From Glycera tridactyla (lineage: Eukaryota), in contig OZ286460.1 in assembly GCA_965644265.1 (NCBI GenBank), forward strand, positions 8,866,001 through 8,930,000: a stretch of DNA of 64,000 bases, in the 5' to 3' direction. This document shows, one piece after another, positions 36,010 through 50,810 of the stretch. Below the pieces are notes generated by a model. The model searched no databases. It was not told the DNA's origin and saw only the letters and a list, made by a program, of their open reading frames with translations. Every line of letters starts with the position of its first letter. Within the stretch, counting starts at the first letter, position 1. Made by a program: the position numbers and the translations under genes.

Positions 36010-39000
36010 CAATTGATAATTGGTTGCAATCATTTATAGAATGTATCACTGGAAGGTGTCTAATCTTTTGACCACTTGATAATTGGTTGGAATCATGTAC
36101 AGAATGTTTCATTGGAAGGTGTCTAATCTTTTGACCACTTGATGATTGGCTGGAATCATTTATAGAATGTATCACTGGAAGGTGTCTAATCTTTTGGCCC
36201 TTGATGATTGGCTGGAATCATTTATAGAATGTATCATTGGAAGGTGTCCAATCTTTTGACCACTTGATGATTGGCTGGAATCATTTATAGAATGTTTCAT
36301 TGGGAGGTGTCCAATCTTCTGACCACTTGATGATTGGCTGGAATCATTTATAGAATGTATCACTGGAAGGTGTCTAATCTTCTGACCACTTGATAATTGG
36401 TTGGAATCATTTACAGAATGTATCACTGGAAGGTGTCTAATCTTTTGGCCCTTGATGATTGGCTGGAATCATTTATAGAATGTACCATTGGAAGGTGTCT
36501 AATCTTTTGACCACTTGATAATTGGTTGGAATCATTTATAGAATGTATCACTGGAAGGTGTCTAATCTTTTGGCCCTTGATGATTGGCTGGAATCATTTA
36601 TAGAATGTATCATTGGGAGGTGTCCAATCTTCTGACCACTTGATGATTGGCTGGAATCATTTATAGAATGTAACACTGGAAGGTGTCTAATCTTTCGACC
36701 ACTTGATAATTGGTTGGAATCATTTACAGAATGTTTCATTAGAAGGTGTCTAATCTTTTGACCACTTGATGATTGGCTGGAATCATTTATAGAATGTATC
36801 ATTAGGAGGTGTCCAATCTTTCGGCCCTTGATGATTGGCTGGAATCATTTATAGAATGTATCATTGGGAGGTGTCCAATCTTCTGACCACTTGATGATTG
36901 GCTGGAATCATTTACAGAATGTTTCATTGGAAGGTGTCTAATCTTCTGACCACTTGATAATTGGTTGGAATCATTTACAGAATGTTTCATTGGAAGGTGT
37001 CTAATCTTTCGACCACTTGATGATTGGCTGGAATCATTTATAGAATGTATCATTGGGAGGTGTCCAATCTTTCGGCCCTTGATGATTGGCTGGAATCATT
37101 TATAGAATGTATCATTGGTACGTGTCCAATCTTTTGACCACTTGATGATTGGCTGGAATCATTTATAGAATGTTTCATTGGAAGGTGTCTAATCTTCTGG
37201 CCCTTGATGATTGGCTGGAATCATTTATAGAATGTATCATTGGAAGGTGTCTAATCTTTTGACCACTTGATAATTGGCTGGAATCATTTACAGAATGTTT
37301 CATTGGAAGGTGTCCAATCTTTTGACCACTTGATAATTGGTTGGAATCATTTACAGAATGTTTCATTGGAAGGTGTCTAATCTTTTGACCACTTGATAAT
37401 TGGTTGGAATCATTTACAGAATTTGACCACTTGATAATTGGCTGGAATCATTTACAGAATGTTTCACTGGAAGGTGTCCAATCTTTTGACCACTTGATGA
37501 TTGGCTGGAATCATTTATAGAATGTATCACTGGAAGGTGTCTAATCTTCTGACCACTTGATAATTGGTTGGAATCATTTACAGAATGTTTCATTGGAAGG
37601 TGTCCAATCTTTTGACCACTTGATAATTGGTTGGAATCATTTACAGAATGTTTCATTGGAAGGTGTCTAATCTTTTGACCACTTGATAATTGGTTGGAAT
37701 CATTTACAGAATGTCTCATCGGAAGGTGTCTAATCTTTTGACCACTTGATAATTGGTTGGAATCATCTACATGTTTCATTGGAAGGTGTCTAATCTTTTA
37801 ACCACTTGATAATTGGCTGGAATCATTTACAGAATGTTTCATTGGAAGGTGTCTAATCTTTTGACCACTTGATGATTGGCTGGAATCATTTATAGAATGT
37901 ATCATTGGGAGGTGTCCAATCTTTTGACCACTTGATGATTGGCTGGAATCATTTATAGAATGTATCACTGGAAGGTGTCCAATCTTTTGACCACTTGATA
38001 ATTGGTTGGAATCATTTATAGAATGTATCATTGGGAGGTGTCCAATCTTTTGACCACTTGATGATTGGCTGGAATCATTTATAGAATGTATCACTGGAAG
38101 GTGTCCAATCTTTTGACCACTTGATAATTGGTTGGAATCATTTACAGAATGTTTCATTGGAAGGTGTCTAATCTTTTGACCACTTGATGATTGGCTGGAA
38201 TCATTTATAGAATGTATCATTGGTACGTGTCCAATCTTTTGACCACTTGATGATTGGCTGGAATCATTTATAGAATGTTTCATTGGAAGGTGTCTAATCT
38301 TCTGGCCCTTGATGATTGGCTGGAATCATTTATAGAATGTATCATTGGAAGGTGTCTAATCTTTTGACCACTTGATAATTGGCTGGAATCATTTACAGAA
38401 TGTTTCATTGGAAGGTGTCCAATCTTTTGACCACTTGATAATTGGTTGGAATCATTTACAGAATGTTTCATTGGAAGGTGTCTAATCTTTTGACCACTTG
38501 ATAATTGGTTGGAATCATTTACAGAATTTGACCACTTGATAATTGGCTGGAATCATTTACAGAATGTTTCACTGGAAGGTGTCCAATCTTTTGACCACTT
38601 GATGATTGGCTGGAATCATTTATAGAATGTATCACTGGAAGGTGTCTAATCTTCTGACCACTTGATAATTGGTTGGAATCATTTACAGAATGTTTCATTG
38701 GAAGGTGTCCAATCTTTTGACCACTTGATAATTGGTTGGAATCATTTACAGAATGTTTCATTGGAAGGTGTCTAATCTTTTGACCACTTGATAATTGGTT
38801 GGAATCATTTACAGAATGTCTCATCGGAAGGTGTCTAATCTTTTGACCACTTGATAATTGGTTGGAATCATCTACATGTTTCATTGGAAGGTGTCTAATC
38901 TTTTAACCACTTGATAATTGGCTGGAATCATTTACAGAATGTTTCATTGGAAGGTGTCTAATCTTTTGACCACTTGATGATTGGCTGGAATCATTTATAG

Positions 39001-39211
39001 AATGTATCATTGGGAGGTGTCCAATCTTTTGACCACTTGATGATTGGCTGGAATCATTTATAGAATGTATCACTGGAAGGTGTCCAATCTTTTGACCACT
39101 TGATAATTGGTTGGAATCATTTACAGAATGTTTCATTGGAAGGTGTCCAATCTTTTGGTCACTTGATGATTGGCTGGAATCATTTATAGAATGTACTTTT
39201 GGAAGGTGTCC
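36010..39211. repeat. 63-bp satellite array, ~50 units, with a 1105-bp higher-order duplication
   Basis: Unit TTGACCACTTGATRATTGGYTGGAATCATTTAYAGAATGTWTCAYTGGAAGGTGTCYAATCTT. It explains the 21-aa-periodic ORFs. Diagnostic variants recur 1105 bp apart (e.g. GGTACG at 37117 and 38222). Confidence 0.97.
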
Positions 39212-39252
39212 ACTTTCATGACTAGATTATCGTAATCTCTGCAACTGCTCAT

Positions 39253-39325
39253 TGAGCACGTGAGCAACCCAGATCTGAGCACGTGAGCACCCCAGATCTG
39301 AGCACGTGAGCAACCTAGATGAGCT
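39253..39325. repeat. 23-bp tandem repeat, 3 units
   Basis: TGAGCACGTGAGCAACCCAGATC x3, next to the end of the 63-bp satellite. Confidence 0.85.
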
Positions 39326-39799
39326 GAGTAAGTGAGTGTGGTGATGACGCAGACCACCTGAGAGACACGTCCATCACGGGCTACATCAAGCTTGCCTACA
39401 TCCATGATTAGATGAGCTTCTCCCATCCATCACTCAATTCGTCATTTGACTCACCATATTAAGGTGATGCAAGTGCTTTTAGTGACTGACCCCTATATGG
39501 CGAGGTGTCATTCGATGGCCTTGTTTCTTCCCATGGATTTAGCTTTGCGAGTCTATCAGAAATCCAAGATGACGGATAAAGTTAGTGTCTCCCATTTAGC
39601 CGAGTTTCTTGTGTGAATATATCAGATTGAAGAATACTAAGACATAACACACGCACGTTCACACATCACACAAACACAAACACTCCTCACAAACTGGTAA
39701 GCCTATTTGTCGAAAAAAAAAACATTGATGAATTGAAACAGGGTTGAATCTACATTTATCTCAGAGGCAGAAATATCATATATTGCTGTTCGAAGCGAT

Positions 39800-42240
39800 G
39801 GTTAACGTCATCACCAGAGCCGATGACTCCATCATCCCAGAAGTATCAATCACTGACCCCCAAATCTCTGACCACAAAGCAGTGCTGCTCAAATTGTCAA
39901 TGAACAAACCCCCTCCCAATTCAAAAAAGATCAAATATAGGAGCTTGTCCAAGATTGACACGACCTCTTTCAACTCTGACATCGATGAATCTGAACTCAT
40001 CTGCTTGCCAGCCATCAATGTGTCTGATCTGGTATCACAGTACAATAGCACCCTCTCACTGCTGTTGAACAAACATGCCCCAATTAAGGAAAAAACTATC
40101 ACTGACCGACCAGAATCTCGTTGGTATACTAGTCAACTAGGGGAAATGAAACGTAACCTTGGGAAACTGGAGCAAAAGGCCAAATCCACTGGACTCACTA
40201 TCGACAATGAGTTACACAAAGTTCAGTCCTGCATATATAACAATTGCCTGATTGAGACTAAGACCAAGCACTACAATGATCTGGTGCAAGAGAGAGCCGG
40301 TGACCAGAGTCCACTTTTCAATCTGGCAAACAAACTCTTACATCGAACAGCCACCACGCCTCTCCCCTCTCACAAGTCCCCTGAGACTTTGGCCGATGAC
40401 TTTGCCACTTTTTCACAAACAAAATAGTGAAAATACACAATAATCCCACTCTGGCAAAATATTCTGACCCTTCTCATCATTACTGTTTCTCAGAGCCAAC
40501 ATCTTGTATCGAGTTCTCTTCTTTCACACCTGTCACTTGCCCAGAAATCTCAAAGTTGATTTCCTCCTCCCCCTTGAAGTCATGTTCTCTTGACCCAATC
40601 CCTGCTAGCATTTTCAAGAAGTCCTAGCCACACCTCTGCAACACACTCACAGACTTGATTAATGCCTCACTTGATCAAGGCATTGTTCCAAACCAACTCA
40701 CTGAAGCCATACTTAGCCCCATATTGAAAAGAATCCCACCTTGACCCTGATGATTTCAACAATTACCACCCCATTTCTAATCTCCTTTATGTCTCTAAGC
40801 TCCTAGAGAGAGTGGTTGCCTTTCGGTTGAACTCCCATTTGTCCAATAATTTCCTCTGTGAAACTTACCAATCTGCATACCAAACACACCACTCCACTGA
40901 GACCGCCATCATATATGTCCTGAATGACATTCTCATGGCCCTGGACAAATGAAAGTCAGTTTGCCCCGTCCTGCTAGATCTGTCTGCGGCTTTTGATAAT
41001 GTCGATCATGAAATTTTACTGGACAGACTAGCAGATAGGATCGGTCTCAGTGGTACAGTCCTTGAGTGGTTCCACTCCTATCTCCTCTCAAGATCCCAAT
41101 ATGTATCACTTCCTGGCTCCCAGTCCCTTAGCCAGAAATTGACCTGTGGCGTCCCTCAAGGGTCTGTCCTTGGCCCCATCCTATTCACTATTCACACTCA
41201 ACCTATTGGCGACATAGTAAGGAAGCACAAATTAAACTTCCACCTTTATGCTGATGACACTCAGCTTTACCTAACCTTCGATGGCCATGACCAGCTCTCA
41301 AAATCCAAAACAATAGGTACCCTTGAACAATGCATTACTGAAATCAGGGCATGGATGCTGGCTAACAAACTCAAACTTAATGATTCTAAGACTGAGTTTC
41401 TCCTCTTCTCCAACCGCAACAGCCCCAATCCCTCATCAAACTGCAAAGATCAAGATTGGGGATGATACCATCAGCCCTGGCAGCTCTGCCAAAAATCTCG
41501 GTGTCATTTCCGACAACCACCTCAACCTCACCCCTCAAATTTTTGCTATCTGCAAATCTGCATTCTTCCAACTGCACAAAATCAGCCGCATCCGCAAATA
41601 CTTGACACCTGAAGCTACAAAGACTCTGGTCCACTCTCTGATCACATCCAAGCTTGACTACTGCAATAGCGCACTCTTCGGCCTTCTCAAGTCTCAGATC
41701 AGCAAGCTCCAACATGTGATGAACTGTGCGGCCCGATTGACAGTATCCTGTAGCCACCACCAGCACATCAGCCCTATCCTGGAAAAACTTCAGTGGCTCC
41801 CTATTGAACACCGAATAACATTTAAAATCCTATCCCTCACATACAAAGCCCTCCACGGCTTGGCCCCTTGCTACCTATCACAACTCCTCCATCACTGCAC
41901 CCCTTCCCGCTCTCTCTGTTCCTCATCGCAACATCTCCTTATAGTTCCAAAAACTCACTATCACAAACTGGGAAATCGTGCCATTGCCTATGCCGCTCCA
42001 ACCCAATATAACTCTCTCCCTTTGGAAATCAAACTTGCACCTTGTTTTAGCATCTTCTAGTCCAGACTCGAGACCCACTTGTTCACTTTAGCATTCCCTA
42101 CATGACCATATGATCCAAGGTCTCTCAACATGTTCACTTATGTTGTTTTTCTTTCTTTCAGGTACATGCCCATGTGAAGATTGAGCTCTGTGAGGAAAAG
42201 GCGCTATACAAATGCACATTATCATTTATCATTACTATTA
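39800..42240 (+). mobile_element. 5'-truncated, degenerate non-LTR retrotransposon (L2/CR1 group) ORF2
   Basis: Endonuclease C-terminus (ISDHKAVLLKL), RT motifs CGVPQGSVLGPILF and YADDTQLY, then KLKLNDSKTEFLL, LITSKLDYCNS and LQWLPIEHRI. Several stops and frameshifts. Tail GCGCTATACAAAT followed by ATT-rich repeats at 42200-42240. Confidence 0.93.
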
Positions 42241-42609
42241 CATCTTTGTGTTGATAATAATATGGCATTTAGTCGTGGTCTCCTGCAAGGTCATTCGTGA
42301 TCAAAGGGTGAGTATGTCGGAGATATACTGGAGATGGCGCTGCGGTGCAGATGTGAGCAAGTGTCGCCAGAGGGCCGAGTAATCTGCACGTCGTGTATGG
42401 CCGGGCCCAGATCCTCTTATCCGCGCCTGAAATCAATGCGGCTTATGCTTCTCTTTGTAGTCAGGCTTGTCCTCAGTGAGCTGACCAGCTTGTCTGCCAG
42501 AAAAGAAAATCCCCGAATGCTGGTGAGAGCGAAGAACGTACGTCCAACTACCCCCCTCTCTCTCTCCCTCTCACAAGCACACACGAAAGCACGCACGCAC
42601 GCACGCACA

Positions 42610-42669
<60 letters not shown>

Positions 42670-44589
42670 CACCCACAGGTCCACTCTATTTACTTCCGCT
42701 CTCTCTCTGTCTGACTTTCTCTACCACTCTGTCTGTCTGTCCGCTGATCTGTCTCAGTCTGGAGAGCTTGCGTGAATGTTGTCTGTCTGTTTGTCTGCTT
42801 GACTGTCTGTCCCATATCCCTCCACTTCTAGTTGCGGGATCTCATCTTCCTACTTGCTTGGTCAGCTCCAATTTATATCTATATCAGAACATGGATTTTT
42901 TCTTGGGCCGTGAATATCGACATTACAAGTGCCCAGAGGCGCATCACTCGTCGTTCTTGTATGCATACGCACGTCAACGGCAATATCTTGCGTCCAGCAA
43001 AGTGGGATAAGCACAGAAGAAAAACTGCCGACATGTGACATATCTGTGGTATGTAAGCAAGAATGCATGGAGGTGAAATAGCATCGTTCATATCCGACTT
43101 GGTAGCTTGTCATGGGATCTCAACAAATCACAACTGCGTAGATATGATGGGACTATTCCCAAAGAGCAGTGACACTACTTGAAAGGGTTGCATTGCTTCA
43201 TTTAGCTATTTCATCAATTTCCATGATGGGTGGAATCGTTTCAACGCATGAAATTGGATACAGATATCGTGAAGAACATTTTAAGATTATTGAAAATTGG
43301 ATGGAGGCAATTAAGCAATGGGTTGATACCACGATCATGTCATAAGAGAATACGCACAGCCAATTTTTCAAACACGTGCAACCTGAAGAGAGGTCGTGGG
43401 TGGCTTTCAATGCAGATGCCATTCACCACAGCACTTCCCATAAGAGGTGAAGCTGAACAAGCAGTTGATTCTTTCTGCCAAGAGTTCTGCCCAAAATACA
43501 CCTCCTGAGTGGTGTGTGCATTACCTTGCCATTCATGACAGCGACAAGGGTGTTTTGCCCGTGAGAGTCGGGGTATTGTGGTGTTGGTGGTGACTATTAA
43601 GACACGATTAGACTTATATTATCCCGGCACAGCTGCGACCTGGTCCATACACGGCATCTCCTCATTCATCCACCAGAGGGCGACAAATAAACCGGAACTC
43701 CATTAAATGAGATCTCGCACATAGGTGCGAGAACGGTGCGAGAACGAGGACACACTTCACTACGGCGTAGGGACACTAGGAAAATGACGAGTGTTCGCAG
43801 TTGCCATAAGAATTTACAGCAAAATAGAATACCTAAACTTCCCATTGGGTTACCTAACCATTGGGTAAATCATCATCATCATCATCATCATCTTGCATCG
43901 CATTTCAGTCATTTGTATATACTCATCTCAATGGCGTAATGTTTGAGTGTTTGAATATTTTTTTCACATCGACAACCTCAAGATGAACATTGTTACATGT
44001 TTAATTGTTCTATTGACGATTACAAATAAAAGTTAGAAAAAAAACCCAACATGGATTGAGTATTCTCCGAACGGAATGCTTTCAGCCAGTTACAGAGGTA
44101 GATATGTCGACATCGGCTTCAATGTATTCATTTGAGATAGTTAGTGGTGTATCTGAACTGTCAGCTACTTCCGCTTGACAACCTTTCAGGTTCCCCATCA
44201 TCTTTTCTTCAGGGTTTGTGAAAGTGGTGCCTGCAGGGGAGTGAACATCGGGCTATCATTGACCTGGATGACACAGCATTCATAATCCCCTGAGTTGATA
44301 CATGCCGATAAATCCCAACCAAACAAACATGATTATAAGGCTCATACACGCGAGTCAATATCAATGAAGACAAAATGAGGCAAAGAAAAAAGAATTAAGA
44401 ATCGCAGCATAATGCTATTATGAGGATTGTGCGGGGTAGCAGATTTCCGGGCAAATGGTATCTGAAATGTCGATTTCACCGAAAATCCGGGAAATTAATA
44501 GGATGAGCGGAATATCGGGAATAGACATGGCATCGCTTATCTCTCCACACTTGTGTCATCGATGCTAGTTTCCAGGAGGTCTTTCTACT

Positions 44590-44722
44590 TTATTGCGGTG
44601 TCTTCGCAATGAGCGTCATTATCCGGTATTTTGCATGATGCGGTGTATTTGGAATGAGCGTCATTATCCGGTATTGAGCGTGATGCGGTGTATTCGGAAT
44701 GATCGTCTTTATCCGGTATTTT
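44590..44722. repeat. 45-bp tandem repeat, ~3 units
   Basis: AATGAGCGTCATTATCCGGTATTTTGCATGATGCGGTGTATTTGG repeated about 3 times. Confidence 0.85.
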
Positions 44723-47700
44723 GCGTGATGACTACTGAGGAAGAATAACTAGTGACAATTATTCAGAAGAAAAACAGCCGTCAAATGACACTGATCTCTC
44801 TCTAACGTGGTTACTAATCCTATCGCATTTTTAGGTCGCAGTGTCGCTGATATGCACAGAAACACTGATTTCTCAAGAGTCATGAAATAGATCCACCCTC
44901 CCGATCCACCCTCCCGAGTGAGCTTAACCCAGACAGACAGGTCACACTGGGCTCCCCTGCACCAATGGAGTCAAAATGCCCACATTCTGACATGACCCCA
45001 GCTTGACTTCGTGAACAGGTTCACCTTAATGTTATTTGGGGATGTCAGAATTGCATGATTAGTTACATGAGGTCACGATTATGTCTATGAAACGTCGGGA
45101 ATATCTTATATTCACCAGTGATTATATCGATTATACAAGATGGCTACGTTCACGAATGCATAATACATAAGCTAGGTGAACAATCAAAAAAAACCAAATC
45201 AAATCAGACCTTCATCAAATATTCAAGCGTTTACAAATCTTAAGGCATCATGTGTGGAAACATTCTTATAAAAAATCCCTCATGGCTCACCATTTAAACT
45301 ACAAATTGTGAGCACTGTACATGGTTGTGTAGATGATGTGTGCGCCTGCGTTCGAGCATGCGCCTCTGTATTAATGTTATGCCAGCTCTGGCATGATGCG
45401 CCTTTTCTTACAATGCCCACGAGTCAGATTTTCATAAATATTTAAAAAGGGTTGTGCTATTAATTACAAGCTTGGGTGCATCCTGTGGCGGAATGGGTTG
45501 CATGGCAGGCACGGGGGGGGGGGGGGGGGGGGGGGGGGGAGGGGGTGTCAGCTCGGACCAGTCGCTTTGTGTCCTGATTGCGCGGCAGACACATGCTCGC
45601 ACACTGATGTAGTTCCACCAGAATGATAATATATTCCTGAGATCTCAACTGACTGCCTCGAGTGGGTCCTGTGATGCATCATGTAAGTGCTCTTGCCACC
45701 GAAACTAGGGCGACAATGTTGTAGGCTGAGGGGATATAAAGACTTCAGTCCCAGATAGATCGCCACGAAAGCGCATTATCGGCTGTTCTATCAATACGGA
45801 TACATCCGCCCTCCGTTGAAATTGACGCCAGCCTCTTCGATTTCCTCAGCTCTGACTTGAGGTAACTTTCAAACAACAACAACGATGTACATTTCATCTC
45901 ATGTACATTTCATGATATTCAATCAATGGCAGCTTTGATTGGTTTCATTTTCATTTCGACTCGATCCCGATCGCTAACCAACCGCCACATTCCAACCATC
46001 GTAGAGTTCGAAAAAAAAAACCTTGTTGTGAAAAATCGAAATGACTTCGTGTTTCGCTCGCAGATTGGTGAGCAATCCGTCAACTCACAGGCTGTTCAGT
46101 TTGGTAAACGAAGAAAAAACTTCGGCAAATCCCCAACTAAGTATCACCACGTGATCATCTTAAGTTCAATAAAAATGAATGGGGACCCGTTTTTTATTAA
46201 ACACTGTTGCGGAACGTTAGCGAAAGTTAACTGCAACTGAACAGCCAGCAGCTTCGATCAACATCTGTGACGACTTGTAATGCGACTTCAATGAGTATCA
46301 TTTACGGAATAAACCACCATACACTGGACTGGATCCGTCGCAGGTAATACTCTATGACATGATCACGGTGAAACATGGTTAGTTTCTGAATGATGAATGG
46401 TCCGAGGCAGATGATTTCAATTTGTACATCGTGAAATACGATTTTATCATGCATGAAAGTAATAAGTGGGCGATCAATCATGATAAAAGATTAGGAGGTG
46501 TCACATTGGAAATAAATAGCACCTACTTCTGGAAGAGAGGGAGGTGGCGATACAGATGGGAGATATACGTATATCCCTGGGATACCTCGAGATTCCAAGC
46601 GTCGCGACAGCCCGATAACGTCGTGATCGATTGACGTATTTTTTGACGTCATTTGTTGGCGTACCAGGGACCAGAGCGAGGCTGGTGAGATTCGGAAAGA
46701 GGCTGACGGAAGAGATGACGAGGCTGCCGGCTGTTTCCGGTCCACTCAAACCTGTCATTGTTAACAGTAATTTACGCGCTACTTCAAGTCTGGTGACGCG
46801 ACGGATGTGAGGAAAGAGAGTTCGTGGAAGTAGCACTAGATGTCAGGCCAAGTCTGTCAATTCCAAAAGTGACGACTTCGTTTTTCACCCCAGCATCCGA
46901 TTGAAATGCGACTCTGGGATGAAGTTAGATGACGTCCCCACCAACTAGATTGATTGACAGGAGTGAGACATTAGTTATCAACCTGGAGGATTGTCTATGC
47001 TTGGTTTCCTGAACTATGGATGATCTGTCCCCTGCAGATATCTCATATACCCAAAATGATAGGAAGGTGAACAGGTTATCCAACGGAAGTGGCTGACAAT
47101 CCAGATATTGTTTTTTTTCATCTAAAACGCTTCAGTAAAAATTCGCAGAGAGGGAGAATCAGATTCAGTACGAATCACTGGTCAGTTGAGACGCGTTTGT
47201 CCCGGAGACGTGTATGGACCCACACTGATTTGTTGTAATGCTAAATGACGTCACAATCGGAGCCAAATGTCGACTGACTTCGATGATGACGTCAAAGCAA
47301 TAAACAAACTCTAATTTGCTTCAGATATATCGGAAACTAACCATATCTTAACCTATATTGTGATACTTCAAAGGGAGATTGCTACAGCGATATCCAACAC
47401 TAACATCGGTGTTGATATCAGAAACTTTGGCGCATCTGTTGGAGAATCATCAAACAGAAACAAATGTCACAAACAAACAGAAAGAATGATCAACTGAATG
47501 GGTCTGGAATATGAGCAAGGTTCAGTTTGCCTCGTCTGTGACACCATTATTTGGCTGGTGAATCACCAGCCTCTGGATCCAAGAATGGAGATACCGACAC
47601 TTACACTGGGTCTGTCGCATGCATACCTGTTTTCATTTCCAGTCCATATTTCCAGATTTGGATTGCACCCTTGATTATGACACCATGATGTGATTGCCTG

Positions 47701-48849
47701 AGTCAGTGATGCCACATACATGTCATGTGAACAAATTATGATGAATTGATGAATCACCCATTTTAACACTTCTGTTGGCAAAATTAGGTGCTTGCATTGA
47801 ATCATATTCAGGCCAATAACAACGCATTGAAATATGGAACCATAGCAAGGCAGGGCATATACATCTGGAGAATGAATTGATAAAAACAGCTGTCATATGA
47901 AAAGGTGAGCTGACTGTAAGAAAAATCATTGCGGCAGGCCAAGATTCTAAAGTTAGACCTGTCCCAAAGCAATCCACCCACCCACATTATTAGCCTTAAC
48001 GTTGGCTACCTTCAAATAATGACCACTTGGACCTCATTATTACCAAAACAGTTTCACTAAACACCGAATCACCCCATGAACGCAGCACCTGCAGCTCCTG
48101 TATACAGCTACAGGCTTCTGCGTTCACAGTCATCATCGCATGTCTACGAACTGACCTAGAATGTGAATTAAATCCCAAAATGCAATCATCCAAATGTGGA
48201 ACAAAATACAGCGCCCCAACTTCATTGCAAAGATTGAATTTATTCCCTAATTGAAATAGTTAGGATTACATCTTTGTCGCACAATACGCTCTGACACAGA
48301 AACACTTGAGCGCAAAATCTATCAGGTCGGAAGCTGGGATTGGGGCGCAGCGCCGATGCTCGGAGAAACGGGCCCGCTGCTCATTGGTGGGTCATTTAAT
48401 TATTTCACACAAAGGGCAGGCCAGCGGATGACAATGGGCCGATGTCGCCACCTTGATCTTCCTCCATCATCTCGCTGAGAAGATAGAGATTGCATTTCCG
48501 TGGCCACATAAAGAAGTGTCCTCCCAATTCTCTCATCCATCACATTGGTACCGGAACTTGTGATAACATTGAGCCAGGGCACGCGATGGCCTTCCCACTG
48601 ACTAACTCGCGCTCAAATGACATCTGTCCATCCATGGTTTTGGCGACACATATGACCTATTGTATTTCTGCTCATAACCAATCCTAGTTCATTAGGCATA
48701 ATCTCACGATGAACCAGCCTTAAAGTGCAATGTTCCATATCAGATGAAGCATTCATCAAGACAAAATCAGATGGAGGTTGAACGTCAGGAGATCGGTATT
48801 CGACGAGTTCTAGTTTGTCGACGTCACTGTCTGTCTGTTTCTGTCTGTT

Positions 48850-50435
48850 TTCTGTCAGTCAGTCAGTCGGCTAGTCAGTCAGTCGGTCGGTTGGTCGGTC
48901 GGTCGGTCGGTCGGTCGGTCGGTCGGTCTGTCGGCTGGTCGGTCGGTTGGTCGGTCGGTCGGTCNNNNNNNNNNNNNNNNNNNNNNNNNNNNNNNNNNNN
49001 NNNNNNNNNNNNNNNNNNNNNNNNNNNNNNNNNNNNNNNNNNNNNNNNNNNNNNNNNNNNNNNNNNNNNNNNNNNNNNNNNNNNNNNNNNNNNNNNNNNN
49101 NNNNNNNNNNNTTGATGTGGGTGGAATGAGAGGTCAAGACCTAGTCAATGAGAACAAATTGGTGAGATAAAACCAGGGTAATATTGTGAGGAATAGCACA
49201 TGCCTCCGAAATAGCTAATGAATATAGCCTGAGAGAGTTCTGAATTCAGGTATGAATAATTCACCAATGTCCAAGCAATGAGACATGGTGATCGAACCCC
49301 CCCCCCCTCCTGAGTGAGAACTTAGGCAATGGCATATAAGTCACGAGGTATAGATATCTAAATCAACAATCATGAATCTTGTTCTTGTTATATCTGTGCT
49401 ACGCGGCTTGTGGTCTGATGAAATCCCAGGGCGGTCCTGTCTCACCGGAAATGGACATATTTCGGTCTGGTGCTACACTGACGGGAAGTGCTCATGATTG
49501 TGATGACTATGCGTTCTGTCCCTGACATCGCCGCATGATATCGCCGCAGTAATGAAGACGCCTACTGGCCCTGAATGGCTGAGCCAGCAAGCCTTGTCAT
49601 AAGAGCTCTCCCTCGGCAAAGCTTCTCCAATTAGTCGGTACACCTTCAACAGACTACCGGACGTGTGAAATAACCGCTGCTCCTTCCAGAAAGCAGTGGA
49701 GGGCAACTATACAAGTTGTGAACACCTCCCATCGCATCATGATCCGCCATATTCGTGGAAGGACGCGTGAGAGGATCGCTAGAGGAGTCTTTCAATGTAG
49801 ACTAGATGTAGCGGCTTGAGGGTAGGCTGTCTTCATATGTCTGATGTCTCCATATTGTGTGGGAAGCGGGGGTAGTCGGTTGTAGCATTGTTACAGAGAG
49901 ACGGTGTTGTGTTGGGAACCCGTCTCAAAGCTTACTTCCAGTAACTTGANNNNNNNNNNNNNNNNNNNNNNNNNNNNNNNNNNNNNNNNNNNNNNNNNNN
50001 NNNNNNNNNNNNNNNNNNNNNNNNNNNNNNNNNNNNNNNNNNNNNNNNNNNNNNNNNNNNNNNNNNNNNNNNNNNNNNNNNNNNNTGCACTTACCGTGGC
50101 CAGAGTAAAACAGGAGTAAAAAGTGCTACCATCTACGTTGGCCCAGTCTAGATGCTGCGCCTCGGAACATCTGCAAATACAGCAAGCAAACCAGCAATGT
50201 ATAGTAATNNNNNNNNNNNNNNNNNNNNNNNNNNNNNNNNNNNNNNNNNNNNNNNNNNNNNNNNNNNNNNNNNNNNNNNNNNNNNNNNNNNNNNNNNNNN
50301 NNNNNNNNNNNNNNNNNNNNNNNNNNNNNNNNNNNNNNNNNNNNNNNNNNNNNNNNNNNNNNNNNNNNNNNNNNNNNNNNNNNNNNNNNNNNNNNNNNCC
50401 AATACAGCAATGTATAGTAATGTTAGCAGAATACA

Positions 50436-50480
<45 letters not shown>

Positions 50481-50810
50481 GCGCGCGCGCCCAGTCTATA
50501 AATACAGCAAGCAAACCAGCAATGTATAGTAATGTTAACAGAATGCACTCACTCTCCCGCTCACTCACTCACTTCTACACCCATCACCCACTCATACGAT
50601 CACTCACCCACCCACTCACTCACTCACTCACACACTCACTCGCTCACTCACTCAGTTGGTCAGTCAGTCAGTCAGTCACTAACTCACTCACACACCCAAC
50701 TACCCAGCCACTTGCTCGCTCACTTACTCACTCACTCACTCACCCAGTCACTCACTCACTCATTCACTCACTCACTCACTCATTCACTCACTCACCCAAT
50801 CAATCAATCG
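48850..50810. repeat. Microsatellite/minisatellite-rich gapped region: (GGTC)n, (CA)n, (CACT)n and a recurring AAATACAGCAAGCAAACCAGCAATGTATAGTAAT unit
   Basis: Direct reading. The unit recurs at ~50175, ~50400 and ~50500 around N-gaps. Confidence 0.85.

Noticed and set aside
18392-39136. Long periodic ORFs (17-, 20- and 21-aa repeats) as genuine repeat proteins
   Set aside because: They arise from 51-, 60- and 63-bp tandem units. Apart from the exon 7 junction there are no splice signals or unique domains, and the 63-bp frames are broken by stops. Unit lengths divisible by 3 are not general here, since 23- and 46/47-bp units also occur.
18462-39211. Tandem arrays as CRISPR-like repeat-spacer loci
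   Set aside because: There are no unique spacers, units are head-to-tail, no cas genes are present, and the context is eukaryotic.
46500-46836. GC3-rich minus-strand ORF as an upstream exon of the membrane-protein gene
   Set aside because: No frame gives a recognisable, phase-compatible exon with convincing splice sites.
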